A stretch of DNA of 64,000 bases. Source: Eledone cirrhosa. Lineage: Eukaryota. Of the stretch, positions 44,120 through 57,816 are shown one piece after another. The translations under genes and the position numbers were made by a program. Under the pieces are notes generated by a model. It was not told the origin of the DNA, did not search any database, and worked only from the letters and a program-made list of their open reading frames with translations. The stretch spans positions 62,124,001 to 62,188,000 of the forward strand of contig OZ024747.1 in NCBI GenBank assembly GCA_964016885.1, written 5' to 3'. Positions within the stretch are counted from its first letter, which is position 1, and every line of letters begins with the position of its first letter.

Positions 44120-46636
44120 TTTTGTTACAGCTCACACCTATGTAGGTTTAGCTGGCCTCCAATGAGGTTGTACCTCATACAAGGTTTCTTGGGTGTTTTA
44201 ATGATAAGGACCCCAGTTCTATCATGTTACAGCTCACACCTATGTAGGTTTAGCTGGCTTCCAACAAGGGTGTACCTCATACAGGGTTTCTTGGGTGTTT
44301 TAATGATAAGGACCCCAGTCCTATCATGTTACAGCTCACACCTATGTAGGTTTAGCTGGCTTCCAACAAGGGTGTACCTCATACAGGGTTTCTTGGGTGT
44401 TTTAATGATAAGGACCCCAGTTCTATCATGTTACAGCTCACACCTATGTAGGTTTAGCTGGCTTCCAACAAGGGTGTACCTCATACAGGGTTTCTTGGGT
44501 GTTTTAATGATAAGGACCCCAGTCCTATCATGTTACAGCTCACACCTATGTAGGTTTAGCTGGCTTCCAATGAGGTTGTACCTCATACCAGGTTGTACCT
44601 CATACAAGGTTTCTTTGGTGTTTTAATGATAAGGACCCCAGTTCTATCATGTTACAGCTCACACCTATGTAGGTTTCGCTGGCCTCCAATGAGGTTGTAC
44701 CTCATACCAGGTTGTACCTCATACAAGGTTTCTTGGTTGTTTTAATTATAAGGACCTCAGTTCTATCATGTTACAGCTCACACCTATGTAGGTTTAGCTG
44801 GCTTCCAACAAGGGTGTACATCATACAAGGTTTCTTGGTTGTTTTAATGATAAGAACCTCAGTTCTATCATGTTACAGCTCACACCTATGTAGGTTTAGC
44901 TGGCTTCCAACAAGGGTGTACATCATACAAGGTTTCTTGGTTGTTTTAATTATAAGGACCTCAGTTCTATCATGTTGTTACAGCTCACACCTATGTAGGT
45001 TTAGCTGGCTTCCAACAAGGGTGTACATCATACAAGGTTTCTTGGGTGTTTTAATTATAAGGACCTCAGTTCTATCATGTTGTTACAGCTCACACCTATG
45101 TAGGTTTAGCTGGCTTCCAACAAGGGTGTACATCATACAAGGTTTCTTGGGTGTTTTAATTATAAGGACCTCAGTTCTATCATGTTGTTACAGCTCACAC
45201 CTATGTAGGTTTAGCTGGCTTCCAACAAGGGTGTACATCATACAAGGTTTCTTGGGTGTTTTAATTATAAGGACCTCAGTTCTATCATGTTGTTACAGCT
45301 CACACCTATGTAGGTTTAGCTGGCTTCCAACAAGGGTGTATATCATACAAGGTTTCTTGGGTGTTTTAATTATAAGGACCTCAGTTCTATCATGTTACAG
45401 CTCACACCTATGTAGGTTTAGCTGGCCTGCAATGAGGTTGTACCTCATACAAGGTTTCTTGGGTGTTTTAATTATAAGGACCTCAGTTCTATCATGTTAC
45501 AGCTCACACCTATGTAGGTTTAGCTGGCTTCCAACAAGGGTGTACATCATACAAGGTTTCTTGGGTGTTTTAATTATAAGGATCTCAGTTCTATCATGTT
45601 ACAGCTCACACCTATGTAGGTTTAGCTGGCTTCCAACAAGGGTGTACATCATACAAGGTTTCTTGGGTGTTTTAATGATAAGGACCTCAGTTCTATCATG
45701 TTACAGCTCACACCTATGTAGGTTTAGCTGGCTTCCAACAAGGGTGTACATCATACAAGGTTTCTTGGGTGTTTTAATTATAAGGATCTCAGTTCTATCA
45801 TGTTACAGCTCACACCTATGTAGGTTTAGCTGGCTTCCAACAAGGGTGTACATCATACAAGGTTTCTTGGGTGTTTTAATGATAAGGACCTCAGTTCTAT
45901 CATGTTACAGCTCACACCTATGTAGGTTTAGCTGGCTTCCAACAAGGATGTACATCATACAAGGTTTCTTGGGTGTTTTAATTATAAGGACCTCAGTTCT
46001 ATCATGTTACAGCTCACACCTATGTAGATTTAGCTGGCTTCCAATGAGGTTGTACCTCATACAAGGTTTCTTGGGTGTTTTAATGATAAGGACCCCAGTT
46101 CTATCATGTTACAGCTCACACCTATGTAGGTTTAGCTGGCTTCCAATGAGGTTGTACCTCATACAAGGTTTCTTGGGTGTTTTAATGATAAGGACCCCAG
46201 TTCTATCATGTTACAGCTCACACCTATGTAGGTTTAGCTGGCTTCCAATGAGGTTGTACCTCATACAAGGTTTCTTGGGTGTTTTAATGATAAGGACCCC
46301 AGTTCTATCATGTTACAGCTCACACCTATGTAGGTTTAGCTGGCTTCCAATGAGGTTGTACCTCATACAAGGTTTCTTGGGTGTTTTAATGATAAGGACC
46401 CCAGTTCTATCATGTTACAGCTCACACCTATGTAGGTTTAGCTGGCTTGCAACAAGGGTGTACATCATACAAGGTTTCTTGGGTATTTTAATTATAAGAA
46501 CCTCAGTTCTATCATGTTACAGCTCACACCTATGTAGGTTTAGTTGGCTTCCAACAAGGGTGTACATCATACAAGGTTTCTTGGGTGTTTTAATGATAAG
46601 GACCCCAGTTCTATTATGTTGTTACAGCTCACACTA
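44120..46636. repeat. 102-bp tandem repeat (some 105-bp units), ~24 copies
   Basis: 34-codon periodicity; unit contains ACAGCTCACACCTATGTAGGTTTAGCTGGCTTCCAA; diverged units at both edges. Confidence 0.97.
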
Positions 46637-47739
46637 GGTTGGATATCATATGTGGCTTCTCAGGTGTTTTAATGATAGGGGCCCCAGTCCTATCATGTTT
46701 TTGTTACAGATCACATTTATGTAGATTTAACAAGCCTCCTACAAGATCGCATCTTATAGGATGTTTCTCGGGAGCTATAGTGGTACGTGCCCAGTGCTAT
46801 CATAAAACGAAGTGTCTTGCTCAAGAACAATACATAGCTCAAGTCCAAGAACCAAACCCATAACTTCATAATCATGTATCTAATGCCATAACCACCTGGC
46901 CCTGTGCCTTGCGAGAGAGAGAGACCAATAGCGTAACATATAAAATCATTTAGAGGGTAAGATATGTGAGTAATCATTACCATCAATAATGTATGTAAAT
47001 AATCTTCACAATCATTGTATTAAGATGCATGAGTGAGTATGTATGATTATTATGATCAATAAAGTATGTAAACATATATATATATATATATATAACACAC
47101 ATCATCACAGTATATAGGTGGATATGCGTATAGAGTCGTTACCTTTAATGTAGTATGATGTGTACATATATATATAATAACCACCATGTAGCATATGTAA
47201 GTGAATAGAACCAGGGCATATAATGTTTACAAATGCCAAACACACATACCCACCTGATCTTATAATACAATAGTTTGTTTATCTAAAAATCTTTTCATAA
47301 TTTTTAAGAAACTTAACACTTTAACATTTATATTGCTTTATATATTTTGTGGCAAAGGCTTTATCTTACATAATTATCTCACATAATATCGAATCTATGA
47401 GATTTTGATGTTATTTATTTGGTGAACAATACCTTAACATCAGTATGAGTGGCCGGTTTGAACAGAAAAAGGTGGAAGAATTCTGGTTGGATACAGCCGG
47501 TTTAAATGCTAAAGGGTACATAGAACCATAAGTTAAATGACAGGTCTAGGAATAATGGAAGTAAGGGGTCAGCAGAGACCAATAGCAAATAACCTGAAGA
47601 AAGGTTGAGAGTAACAGATTTGTATGTTCTACAACATGTGTCAACTGTGTGAGGTGTTCCAGATTGCAAAGTGGTGTAATAGAGACAATTGAGATGTTGT
47701 GGCAGAGAAATGAGCATAGAATGATAATGGCACATCTGA

Positions 47740-49600
47740 TGTTGGAGATAAAGAAGCATGAAGGTTCTAGTATGAGAAGTTATTAAATAAAGAAAATGTA
47801 TGTACAAGAGGATCTACTCCAAATAGATCCAACTGTAGGATCAAACACTGAAGTTGACAGCAGAAGAATTATTGGGGAGAAGTGAGCATGGAATGATAAC
47901 AGCACACTTGCCATTACAAATCCCGAAGAGGAAGAAGCATGGAAGTTCTATTATGAAAGGTTAATAGGGTGGTGGATTGGCAGTATCAGTAGAGCGTCGT
48001 ACATTATGCTTTGTGACATATAGTTACGGCCTCTTCCATTCTGAGTTCAAATCCCTTTGAGGTTAGCTTTGCCTTTCATCCTTACAGGGTCAATAAAATA
48101 AAGTACCAGTAACGCACTGAGCCCTTCAAATTGCTGGCCTTGTGCTAAATGTAGAAACAATTATGAAAGGTTATTAAATAAAGAAAATGTATGGACAAGA
48201 GGATCTACTCCAAATAGATCCAACCGGAGGATCAATCACTCAAGTTGACAGCAGGATAGTTATTGGGGAGAAGTATATATAGAATAGTAATAGCACACTC
48301 GCCATTACTGATGCCGAAGAGTATGAAACATGGCGGTTCTATTATGAAAGGTTAATAAATGAAGAAAATCTATGTACAAGAAGATCTAGTCCAAATATCA
48401 TAGATCCAACCGTAGGATCAACCACTGAAGTTGACAGTAGGATAGTTATATGTGTGATTAAGAGTATGAAGACAGGGAAGACTACTGGACCACTAGTTAG
48501 TGAGAAGCTTAAAATATCTGAAGTAAGTTATGCAGTAGTTAGTCACTTGTATAATCAATAATGAATTACAGGGAAATGCTGTACCTCATGACTAGCAGTA
48601 TCATTGTCAAGAAATGCACTGGTAAGAGGCAACTATGGATATGTCAAATTGATGGAATAGCTTATGAAAATGTTATAGTATTAGTCTAGCCCTTTAGCAT
48701 TTACATTACTTTATAATTTACACAGTAAAGGCTTTACCTGACATAATTATCTCACATAATATCAAATTTATGAGATTTTGATATTATTTATGTTGAAAAT
48801 AATACCTTAACATCAGTACATGTGGCCAGTTACAGCCGGTTTGACCAGAAAGAGTTGAGAGAATTCTGGCTGGATACAGCCGGTTTAAATGCTAAAGGGT
48901 TAAGAATTCTCTCACCTCTGGCTGCTCAAACCAACCATAACTGGCCATTCATACTGATGTTAAGGTATTGTTCTTAAAATAAATAACATCAAAATCTTGT
49001 AGATTTGATATTATGTAAGATAAAGCCTTTACCACATAAATACAAAAGTATATATAGACTAATGTAAATGCTAAAGGGTTAAGACCATCTTCCCTGCTAA
49101 AATAAAGGTTAGTCTTGGAAACCCCTTGACATGCTTTTACACTTTCCTCTGTCTGCATCCATCCCAAGTGTAACTGAGATAGTATCAATGCCCTTTTCTG
49201 AGAGAGACAATTACAAAACAAGTACTAACATTCATTGGCCTTTGAGAGGGTCCCACACTCTGTAATCTGGTTGCTTGTTAAAGAAAGTAGAGTTAGATAA
49301 ATGGCAAGGGCTGTGTAAAGCATGCGTAAAGCTGAAGTCAGCATGGTGGAAGATAGCAATAAATAGAGCGACACATTTAACATGCAGTTAGGTGTCCCTC
49401 GGGACCCAGTTGGTAGCCCACTGCTGTACATTAAAGTTCTCCAGACCAAAACAGAAACTCCAGCTGTTCATTGGAATACATGTATGATGATGACCTACTT
49501 TTTATAACTGAATCTATTGAATCTAGAGAAATTCCTAACATGGAAGCAAAACCTAGAATTGAGAGGCCACAAAGTAAACATAGTAAAAACAAAGACAGAA
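47740..49600 (+). mobile_element. Old RTE-like RT remnant with internal tandem triplication, interrupted by a SINE and MITEs
   Basis: WKFYYERL, IKSMKTGKTTGP, FERVPHSVIW, LGVP...SPLLYIKVL, EYMYDDDL (degenerate YADD). Confidence 0.68.
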
Positions 49601-49731
49601 ATTATGATGGTGTGATATTGCTGGCTTGCTATCTCCCTCTCTCTCTATCTGTATGTACCGATACCAACATGAACCTAAACATCGAATGCTCACCTGGGTG
49701 AACCTACAGTAACTCTGCGTTACACTCCCTG

Positions 49732-49792
<61 letters not shown>

Positions 49793-50248
49793 ATACTTGG
49801 GGAGGGTTATATTTGTGTAATATTGCCAGAATTAATAACAGAACACACTCACTGTTTGGTTGGTTTTCGCTTTTCGCTTCTGTGTCTTTTATATCGGTAA
49901 TCTAATTTATTCGGTCCTCAATGTTGCCATTGACTGACCAACGGTCAAAAATAATACATCGCCTTTATATATATATATATATTTCTTTAAAATATATATT
50001 TCTATAAAAAAAAAATTTTCCGATTCCACCCAGCCCATCTTCTCAATCTTTCTATTTCTTCTTTACTTTCTCATTCTATTTCCTGCTGAAGGACTAGCAT
50101 CCGAAATGTTAAGACTCTCTTCCTACTATATCAAGCGTAAAACTAATAATATATTTCTTCATTGTACTGCGTCGTTTGCTTTATTATTTCTGTTTTTTGC
50201 CTTTTGCATACATGTGTGTGTGTGTCTGTGTCTGTGTGTGTGTGTGTG

Positions 50249-50292
<44 letters not shown>

Positions 50293-50296
<4 letters not shown>

Positions 50297-50616
50297 GGAA
50301 CCTCAGTTGACAAAGTTAATCTGTTCCTGAAGCCTGTTCGTCACTCGAAATGTTTGTAAAATGAAACTATTTTTCCCATATGAAATATTGAGAGAGAGAA
50401 ACTGTGTGTGAAAGACAGACAGATTTCACCATAGTAACTAACTTCACAAGTGATGTTTTCGGCCGATACTCCAAAATTGTTGCCGACAGTTGTTGCTGGC
50501 TTGCATGCCTGTTACTTGAGACACCATTCGTGAACCAAGATATCTTATATTTGGAAAAATTGCTCATGAACCGATTTGTTTGTGATGTGAGGCGTTTGTG
50601 AACTGATGTTCCACTG
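50293..50616. mobile_element. Tc1/mariner (pogo/Tigger-like) MITE
   Basis: TIRs CAGTGGAACCTCAGTTGACAAA / TTTGTGAACTGATGTTCCACTG followed by TA. Confidence 0.75.
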
Positions 50617-50624
50617 TATGTATG

Positions 50625-50656
<32 letters not shown>

Positions 50657-50891
50657 TACATCATATGTACTTGAATATAACCCAACGAATATGTAACCAA
50701 AACAGATTGATAGAAGGAGGAGCATACATTTGAGTACATATGGTATTATATTTATATATATTTATATATATATATATATGAAAAGATTTCCAGGTGGAAG
50801 TTCAGGTAAACTACAGGTGTAAATATAGTTTCAGAGTGAAAATCCAACAAATTTGAGAGGTTCACGTAAGCGTTAATATATATATACATAT

Positions 50892-51230
50892 GGAGGCACA
50901 TGGCTTAGTGGTTAGAGCATTGGCCTTGCAATCAAAAGGTTGTGAGTTCAATTCTCAGACCGGGCAATGTGTTGTTTCCTTGAGCAAGACACTTTATTTC
51001 ACATTGCTCCAGTTTACTCAGCTGTAAAAATGAGATGATAGGGACTGGGGTCCCTATCATTCCACTGCAAAGTGGACGTGGAGGTGCCATGGCAAAAAAG
51101 CACCCAGCACTCACTGTAAATGAGGTTGGTGTTAGGAAGGGCATCCAGCTGTAGAAATCAAGCCAGAATCAGTTCCTGTCCCACCCCTGCGAGCAGGGAA
51201 AAAGTGGACGTAGAATGAATGAATGAATGA
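50892..51230 (+). mobile_element. tRNA-derived SINE family 2 (~330 bp), full copy
   Basis: Head TGGCTTAGTGGTTAGAGC...GAGTTCAATTC, core CCTTGAGCAAGACACTTTA, body GGTTGGTGTTAGGAAGGGCATCCAGCTGTAGAAA, (ATGA)n tail. Second full copy at 29270-29598(-); partial copies at 26340-26600, 32186-32385, 59170-59400, 17090-17360 and 52600-52895. Confidence 0.85.
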
Positions 51231-51239
51231 ATATATGTA

Positions 51240-51854
51240 TATAAAAGGTAAACAGAAATAACACAAACAGAAAAAATATATTAGTTTAATGCTTGAAATA
51301 GCAGGAAGAGAGTGTCAACGTTTTGGATGCTAGCCCATCAGAAGAAAGAATGAGAAATTAGAAAGATTGAGGGGATGGGCGGGGAGGAATACTGGGGTGA
51401 GAGAGAAATAGATTGGTGAGATGGAGAAGGTGGAAGTAAGAAGAGGAAAATTGATAGCGAGTCGTGGTGTATTTAAATAATTCAAGAAGCAAAGAAAATA
51501 TCAGTGATACTGGATTTACACTCGGAGTTTACCTGAACTTCCACCTGGAAATCTTTTCGTATCACTGATATTTTCTTTGCTTCTTGCATTATTTAAATGA
51601 ACTGCGATTCACTATCATTTTTCCTCCACTATCCTCTTCTTATTTCCACCTTCTCCATCTCACCAGTCTATTTCTCACTCACCCCAGTATTCCACCCTGC
51701 CCGTCCCCTCAATCTTTCTAATTTTCATTCTTTCTTCTGATGAAGGACTAGCATCCAAAACGTTAAGACTCTTCCTGCTATTTCAAGTGTTAAACTAATA
51801 TATTCCTTCCATATACTGTACCGTTTGTGTTGTTGTTTCGGCTTACCTTTTATA
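51240..51854. mobile_element. Inverted pair of family A PLE-type repeats (foldback); single copies at ~6850-7078, ~21942-22158 and ~49985-50210
   Basis: Arms 51240-51510 and 51559-51854 are diverged reverse complements. Each carries a degenerate family A hammerhead; TA flanks. Confidence 0.75.
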
Positions 51855-53984
51855 TATATATATATAAACTGTATATAAGCCAAGAAATATGACAAAATAA
51901 TGAATGGTAACATGGGCAGTTGGCTTATATTCAAGGTCAATATTTTGCCAATTTTCATTAACTTCAAATTCTACATGAGGTGCTAAAATATTTTTGCTTT
52001 GGAGGCAAATATTACACTGGTTTTATTTTGGAAATGAAATTTGTTTTCCTATTGTTTTTTATGTAATTTGAATGAACATGGCCTTCAAAATGGTCAGGAA
52101 TTGGCAAAAAAAAACAGTATGTAATGTAGTTATGAAATGAAACCTATTCTCTAAACGACGCTTAAATATTAAAATATTAAAACTTCATAAATATATTTTC
52201 CATTCATGAGAATTTCAAACCTGCACCATCTAAGCATATGTTGATTAGCTGCTTCAACTTAAACACGAGGTTTGGATTTGTGCCCATTTCTCAGACATAA
52301 AATAGGGAGGTCAGCTTATATTCAAGTATAAACGGTACATATATGTATATGTGTGTGTATGTATGTATGTATGTATATATATATATAATTGGTTCTACAT
52401 TAGGCACAAGGCCAACAATTTGAAGGGGAGGGAAAAGTTGATTAAATCGACCCCAGTGCATTACTGGTGCTTTATTTTATTGACCCCATAAGGATGAAAA
52501 GCAAAGCTAACCTCGGTAAGATTTGAAATCAGAACATAAAGGGCCATAACTAAGCTGTGAAGCATGTTGTCCAACACTCTACCAATACTGCCAATCCACA
52601 TCAAATGTAACCAGTACACTCTGTAAAGCAGTTGGCAATGGAATAGAGATAATATAAAGTTGAGAGAACCCTTCAGTCTTACTGAGCATATGATAACCTC
52701 TATAGTGCTGGTGCCACAATACAATACATCCAATATACTCTGTAAAGTGGTTGCATTAAGAAGGGTTTCCAAGTACAGAAACCATGCAAAAATATGGAGG
52801 ATATGACTAAGATGTCTTCAACCTGTCTAGTCTTGAACCATGGCAACTTGTCCAACACGCACCAACATGGAAATTGAACGTTAAATGATGATGATCTTTG
52901 CCCACTTATTCCTGGGAGAAACATGGGACCTCAAGTACTCCTTTAAGCAGGTCCTGTCAGAAGCAACCATCTCCAACTGATCCGAGTGGATTCCCAAGCA
53001 TGACCAGCCAAGCTGATGGATGAAATCCAACCATCTTGCTCAGGGTTAACCCTCTGAGTCTCCTGACAGTTGGTTTTGCTCGAAAAATCTATCCAGTGAT
53101 TCTTTCCTGAAACATTTTCACCACATGTCCATAGTATTGAAGTTGTGATCCCTCAAATGATAATTTTGATGATACTAATATATATAAGCCATACTAGCAG
53201 ACATTAAATGATGATGTTACATTAGTTATATTTAAAATGCTAATACAAATGAGACAATAGTCACAGATGAATTTATCTACATGTCATCAAACATACAAAG
53301 CATGACAATGTTTATATTTATAGCAGAGATTTTTACACTGTTTCTTTAAGTATATTCATATACATATATCATTAGATACATTCTTTATAAAATGTGGTTG
53401 ATTGGCAGAATTGTTAGAGTATTGATCAAATGCCTTACAATAATTGTTCTGGCTCTTTGTGTTCTGAGTTCAAATCCTGCTGATGTTAATCTTGACATAT
53501 CCTTCTAGGGTTGATAAAATACCAGTTATATTCTGGGTTGATTTCTCTCACTCTCTGAAAATCAACTAGGCTGTGCATATAGGAGTTCACTTGCAAAGTT
53601 CCTTTCCTCCAGAAATGAAAGAGTCGAGCTAGATACTAGAAATGTCTTAAGTCCCATGCTACAAAAACCATCCAATGGGGGAATATAATAGGCACAGACC
53701 AGTTGTTCCTGAACTTTTCATTACCAACAAATCCCTTTTATTCAAATTTCCCCCATGTATCCCTCAATTACTTGCCTAAAAAATTGTTATAAAGTAAGAG
53801 AGAAATGTTTATACGTAACCCTTTGGCATTTAAACCAGCTGTATCCAGCCAGAATTCTCTCAACTGGCTGCTCATACTGATGTTAAGGTATTGTTCTCAA
53901 AATAAATAATATGAAAATTTCATAGATTTGATATTATGTGAGATAAAGCCTTTACCATGAAAATATAATTGAAAATATAATAGT

Positions 53985-54870
53985 ATATATAGAGTAATGT
54001 AAATGCTAAAGAATTAAAGAAGGAAATATGCTTTTAATAATGTCCTTGAAATTTTGAACACAGCTCATGAACCACCAGACCAAGAAATGCTGGCATAGAA
54101 GGACTAATGCGCTGTACAGTACAGAAGGGTTAGGAAAACCTAAATAAAAACATCCTTTATAAACAAACTACTCTTCAGTCATCAACCTACATTAAATCTC
54201 ATACAGGATGCAGTTGTAAGATGCTGTTGTTTTGCCATAAAATTCTCATTCAAAAATAAATAGAGCTGGAATATATACAAACCCCTAAGGAAGGAGGAAA
54301 GACTGAAGAAAGAAAAAAAACAGGAATTCCATGAGAAAAGGAATGAAAAGGCACAAGAGCAAGACATTTTTTTTTTTCTTTCTGTTTTTCACAGGAAGCA
54401 ACAGAGTTTTAAAGGAAGACAAGACCAACATATATAGAGTAATGTAAATGCTAAAGAATTAAAGAAGGAAATATGCTTTTAATAATGTCCTTGAAATTTT
54501 GAACACAGCTCATGAACCACCAGACCAAGAAATGCTGGCATAGGACTAATGCGCTGTACAGTACAGAAGGGTTAGGAAAACCTAAATAAAAACATCCTTT
54601 ATAAACAAACTACTCTTCAGTCATCAACCTACATTAAATCTCATACAGGATGCAGTTGTAAGATGCTGTTGTTTTGCCATAAAATTCTCATTCAAAAATA
54701 AATAGAGCTGGAATATATACATACCCCTAAGGAAGGAGGAAAGACTGAAGAAAGAAAAAAAACAGGAATTCCATGAGAAAAGGAATGAAAAGGCACAAGA
54801 GCAAGACATTTTTTTTTCTTTCTGTTTTTCACAGGAAGCAACAGAGTTTTAAAGGAAGACAAGACCAACA
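53985..54870. repeat. Near-identical ~443-bp tandem duplication
   Basis: 53985-54429 is repeated at 54430-54870; duplicate ORFs at 54182 and 54624. Confidence 0.95.
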
Positions 54871-55254
54871 TTCCAGTTCTTGCTGATGTAATAAACAGAA
54901 GGGAAGGGAGGAGGTTTGGTGCTAGACACGTGTTTGGTTTCTAAAAATATATTTCAGCTTAATACGACTTTCTTCTTTGGAATTATTTAAATCTACTTAG
55001 CTTCAGTTACGCTCATGCAATGAAAGAGATGCATACTTAGCAGAAATAACACAAGATATTAGAAAAAGTAAACATAAAACAAAAGAGAAAGAAAAACACA
55101 AAGAATGACTCAAATTAAATAAAAACAAGAGAATCTCTTTAAAAATATGACTAATCATGTAATAAAAAAACTAAAAAAAGAACAATAATTCTTTTGATAA
55201 ACTATCTAAAATCATTCTAGGTTCTACTAAACAAGACTGTTTATTTTAAGGAGT

Positions 55255-55592
55255 TTATCTAAAAACCTATCATAATTCTAAGTAAGAACCTTTGTTGAAT
55301 TATGTTTATTATCTAAAAAACCTTCCATCATAATTCTAAGTAAGAACCTTTGTTAAGTTATGTTTATTATCTAAAAACCTTCCATCATAATTCTAAATAA
55401 GAACCTTTGTTAAGTTATGTTTATTATCTAAAAACCTTCCATCATAATTCTAAATAAGAACCTTTGTTAAGTTATGTTTATTATCTAAAAACCTTCCATC
55501 ATAATTCTAAGTAAGAACCTTTGTAAAGTTATGTTTATTATCTAAAAACCTTCCATCATAATTCTAAGTAAGGACCTTTGTTAAATTATGTC
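55255..55592. repeat. 57-bp tandem repeat, ~6 copies
   Basis: TATCTAAAAACCTTCCATCATAATTCTAARTAAGAACCTTTGTTAAGTTATGTTTAT. Confidence 0.93.
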
Positions 55593-56431
55593 CCAAATAT
55601 TACCATGACCCTTTTGATACCAAACCACTTGACACTACCCCTGGTTCTACAATACAAAACTTTGTTTTAAGGTAATTATATTTATATAGAATCTTTCCAT
55701 TATAATTTTATTTAATAGCCTTTTGTTAGTTATTTCAGCTGAATAATGAGAAAGTTATATAACTAAATGCTTCCAAATTCTTGATTATTTTCAAAATTAA
55801 TTGAAAATTGTAAACAGTGTCTTTCATTAAAAATATGGTAACAAAAGAATTGAGCACAAAAATATTTTATCTTCATTGTTATAATTGTTTGATAGAATGG
55901 CTTCACTCAAAATAACATAGAAGCCACAACTTTTTTCTCCTCTCCATTATTCAAAATACTCAAAGGTGGTAGATTGGTAGAATCATTAGAGTGCTAGACA
56001 AAATGCTTTGCAACATTTTAGTTATGGCTCTTTAAATTCTGAGTTCAAATCTTGCTGAGATCAACTTTGCCTTTATCCTTCTGGGGTCAATAAAATAAAG
56101 TACCAGTCATACACTGAGGTTATCAGTGTAACTGATTTTCCATTCTCCACAAATTGTTGGCCTTGTGTCTACATTAGAAATCATTATTCGAAATACCTAC
56201 GAGTTTACACATAACTTCCTCTCCAAGGCCACAAATTCGATGTAATGGGGTCGAGTGATTGAATTCACCTCCATTTCATAATTGGCAGTTATTGATCCGA
56301 GAGAAATGAAAAGATAAGTCAACCTCAGTAAGATTTGAACCCACCACTGAGAGAAATATATAATTCGATATGACAAAACATCAAGTTTATTATTCTACCA
56401 TTTCTAATGTTATTGCAGGACTAGAGACTAT

Positions 56432-56828
56432 CATTAAAGCACCCAAGAAACTTTCTATGAGATACAACCTTATAAGAAGTCAGCTAAACCTACATAGGTC
56501 TAAGCTGTAACAACAACACGATAGGATTGAAGCCCCTATTAGTAAAACACCTGTGAAACCTATGAGATGCAATCTCATAGGAGGCTATCTAAGCATACGT
56601 GAGTGTGAGCTGGAACAACAAAATAGGACTGGAGACACCACTATTCAAACAGCAAATAAACCTCCTGAGAGGCAACTTCATAAGAGTCCCACTAAACATA
56701 CATATGGGTGAGCTGTAAATACAATATGATAGGACTGGAGACTATGATTAAAAAACACAAGAAACCTTTTATAAGATGCAACCTCATGGAAGGTCAGCTA
56801 CACCTACATAGATATGAGCTGTAACAAC
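56432..56828 (-). repeat. About four diverged, inverted units of the 102-bp repeat family
   Basis: CACCCAAGAAAC...CAGCTAAACCTACATAGG..AGCTGTAACA is the reverse complement of the 44-46 kb unit. Confidence 0.8.
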
Positions 56829-57515
56829 AGTTACACCATTCATGTGCCCTAGTAATGGCACATGCTTGTAATAATGGAAAAGAGAGGAGGGATTAGTCAA
56901 AATGTGTGTTGAGATGAAGAGTGTGCAGATAGATTATCTGATATCTATAAAATGGTGAATTGGCAGTCATTAGAATGTCAGAATATCTGGTATTTTATCA
57001 AGCTTGAGGTCTGTGTACAAATCCCTGTGTAATAATCACTGAAGATGTCACAGAAATGTGTGATGAAAGAACTTTGAGAAAAAATTACATTTATATTTTT
57101 AACTGTTGATCAATCAATGATAAACATTGATTGCCAGCTAAATTATTTATAAAAATATACTGAAGCGAAAACCAAACCAAACAGTGAGTGTGTTTTACTA
57201 TTTTTGGCAATATTAGGACAACATGACCCTCCCCAAATATAACAATTTAATTCATCTATCCTAGACAGATGAAAAGTAAAAATCAACCACCACCACTTTC
57301 GTTGGTATTTGAACTTAGAAACCCGAGATAAAGAACAAAATATTATAATGGGTCTAATCTGACACCACTTCATCATCATGCAATAGCTCAAAGCCACATT
57401 ACAGCTTTTCAGTTGCACCAGGATTAGATGGGTAACCCTCCCTAACTGGAATTTAAACTGAGAACACAAAGTGCTGAGAAAGATACAGCAAAGCATCTTG
57501 TCCGATGCCCTAACA

Positions 57516-57816
57516 CAGTGGTATGCAATATATTCCATTGGTGGGCCACTTTTGAACATTGGAACAAGTATTATGGCCATTAATATTTATTAAGTACTAT
57601 TCCAAGATTCACCACAACTTCTGGGAAATTATAACACACACAGCCCTATCAGTGAAGCCCTTTAGTATAGGTCAACTAACGGAAAATTGTATTATGGTTA
57701 CGAAAAAAATTCTAAATAAGCCTACAAGGTAAAAATTAAAAACGGTCACTGCGGGCCACTCTGACTGGTCTGGTGGGCCAGGTTGTGGCCCGCAGGCCTC
57801 CTGTTGCATGCCCCTG
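57516..57816. mobile_element. hAT-type MITE
   Basis: TIRs CAGTGGTATGCAA / TTGCATGCCCCTG with a perfect 8-bp TSD CCCTAACA on both sides. Confidence 0.85.

Noticed and set aside
44162-46637. 641-aa repeat protein or CRISPR-like array
   Set aside because: Head-to-tail 102-bp units with no unique spacers, no cas genes, and a eukaryotic intron context.
50892-50965. tRNA genes at SINE heads
   Set aside because: A/B boxes are present but run directly into SINE bodies; no full cloverleaf or terminator.
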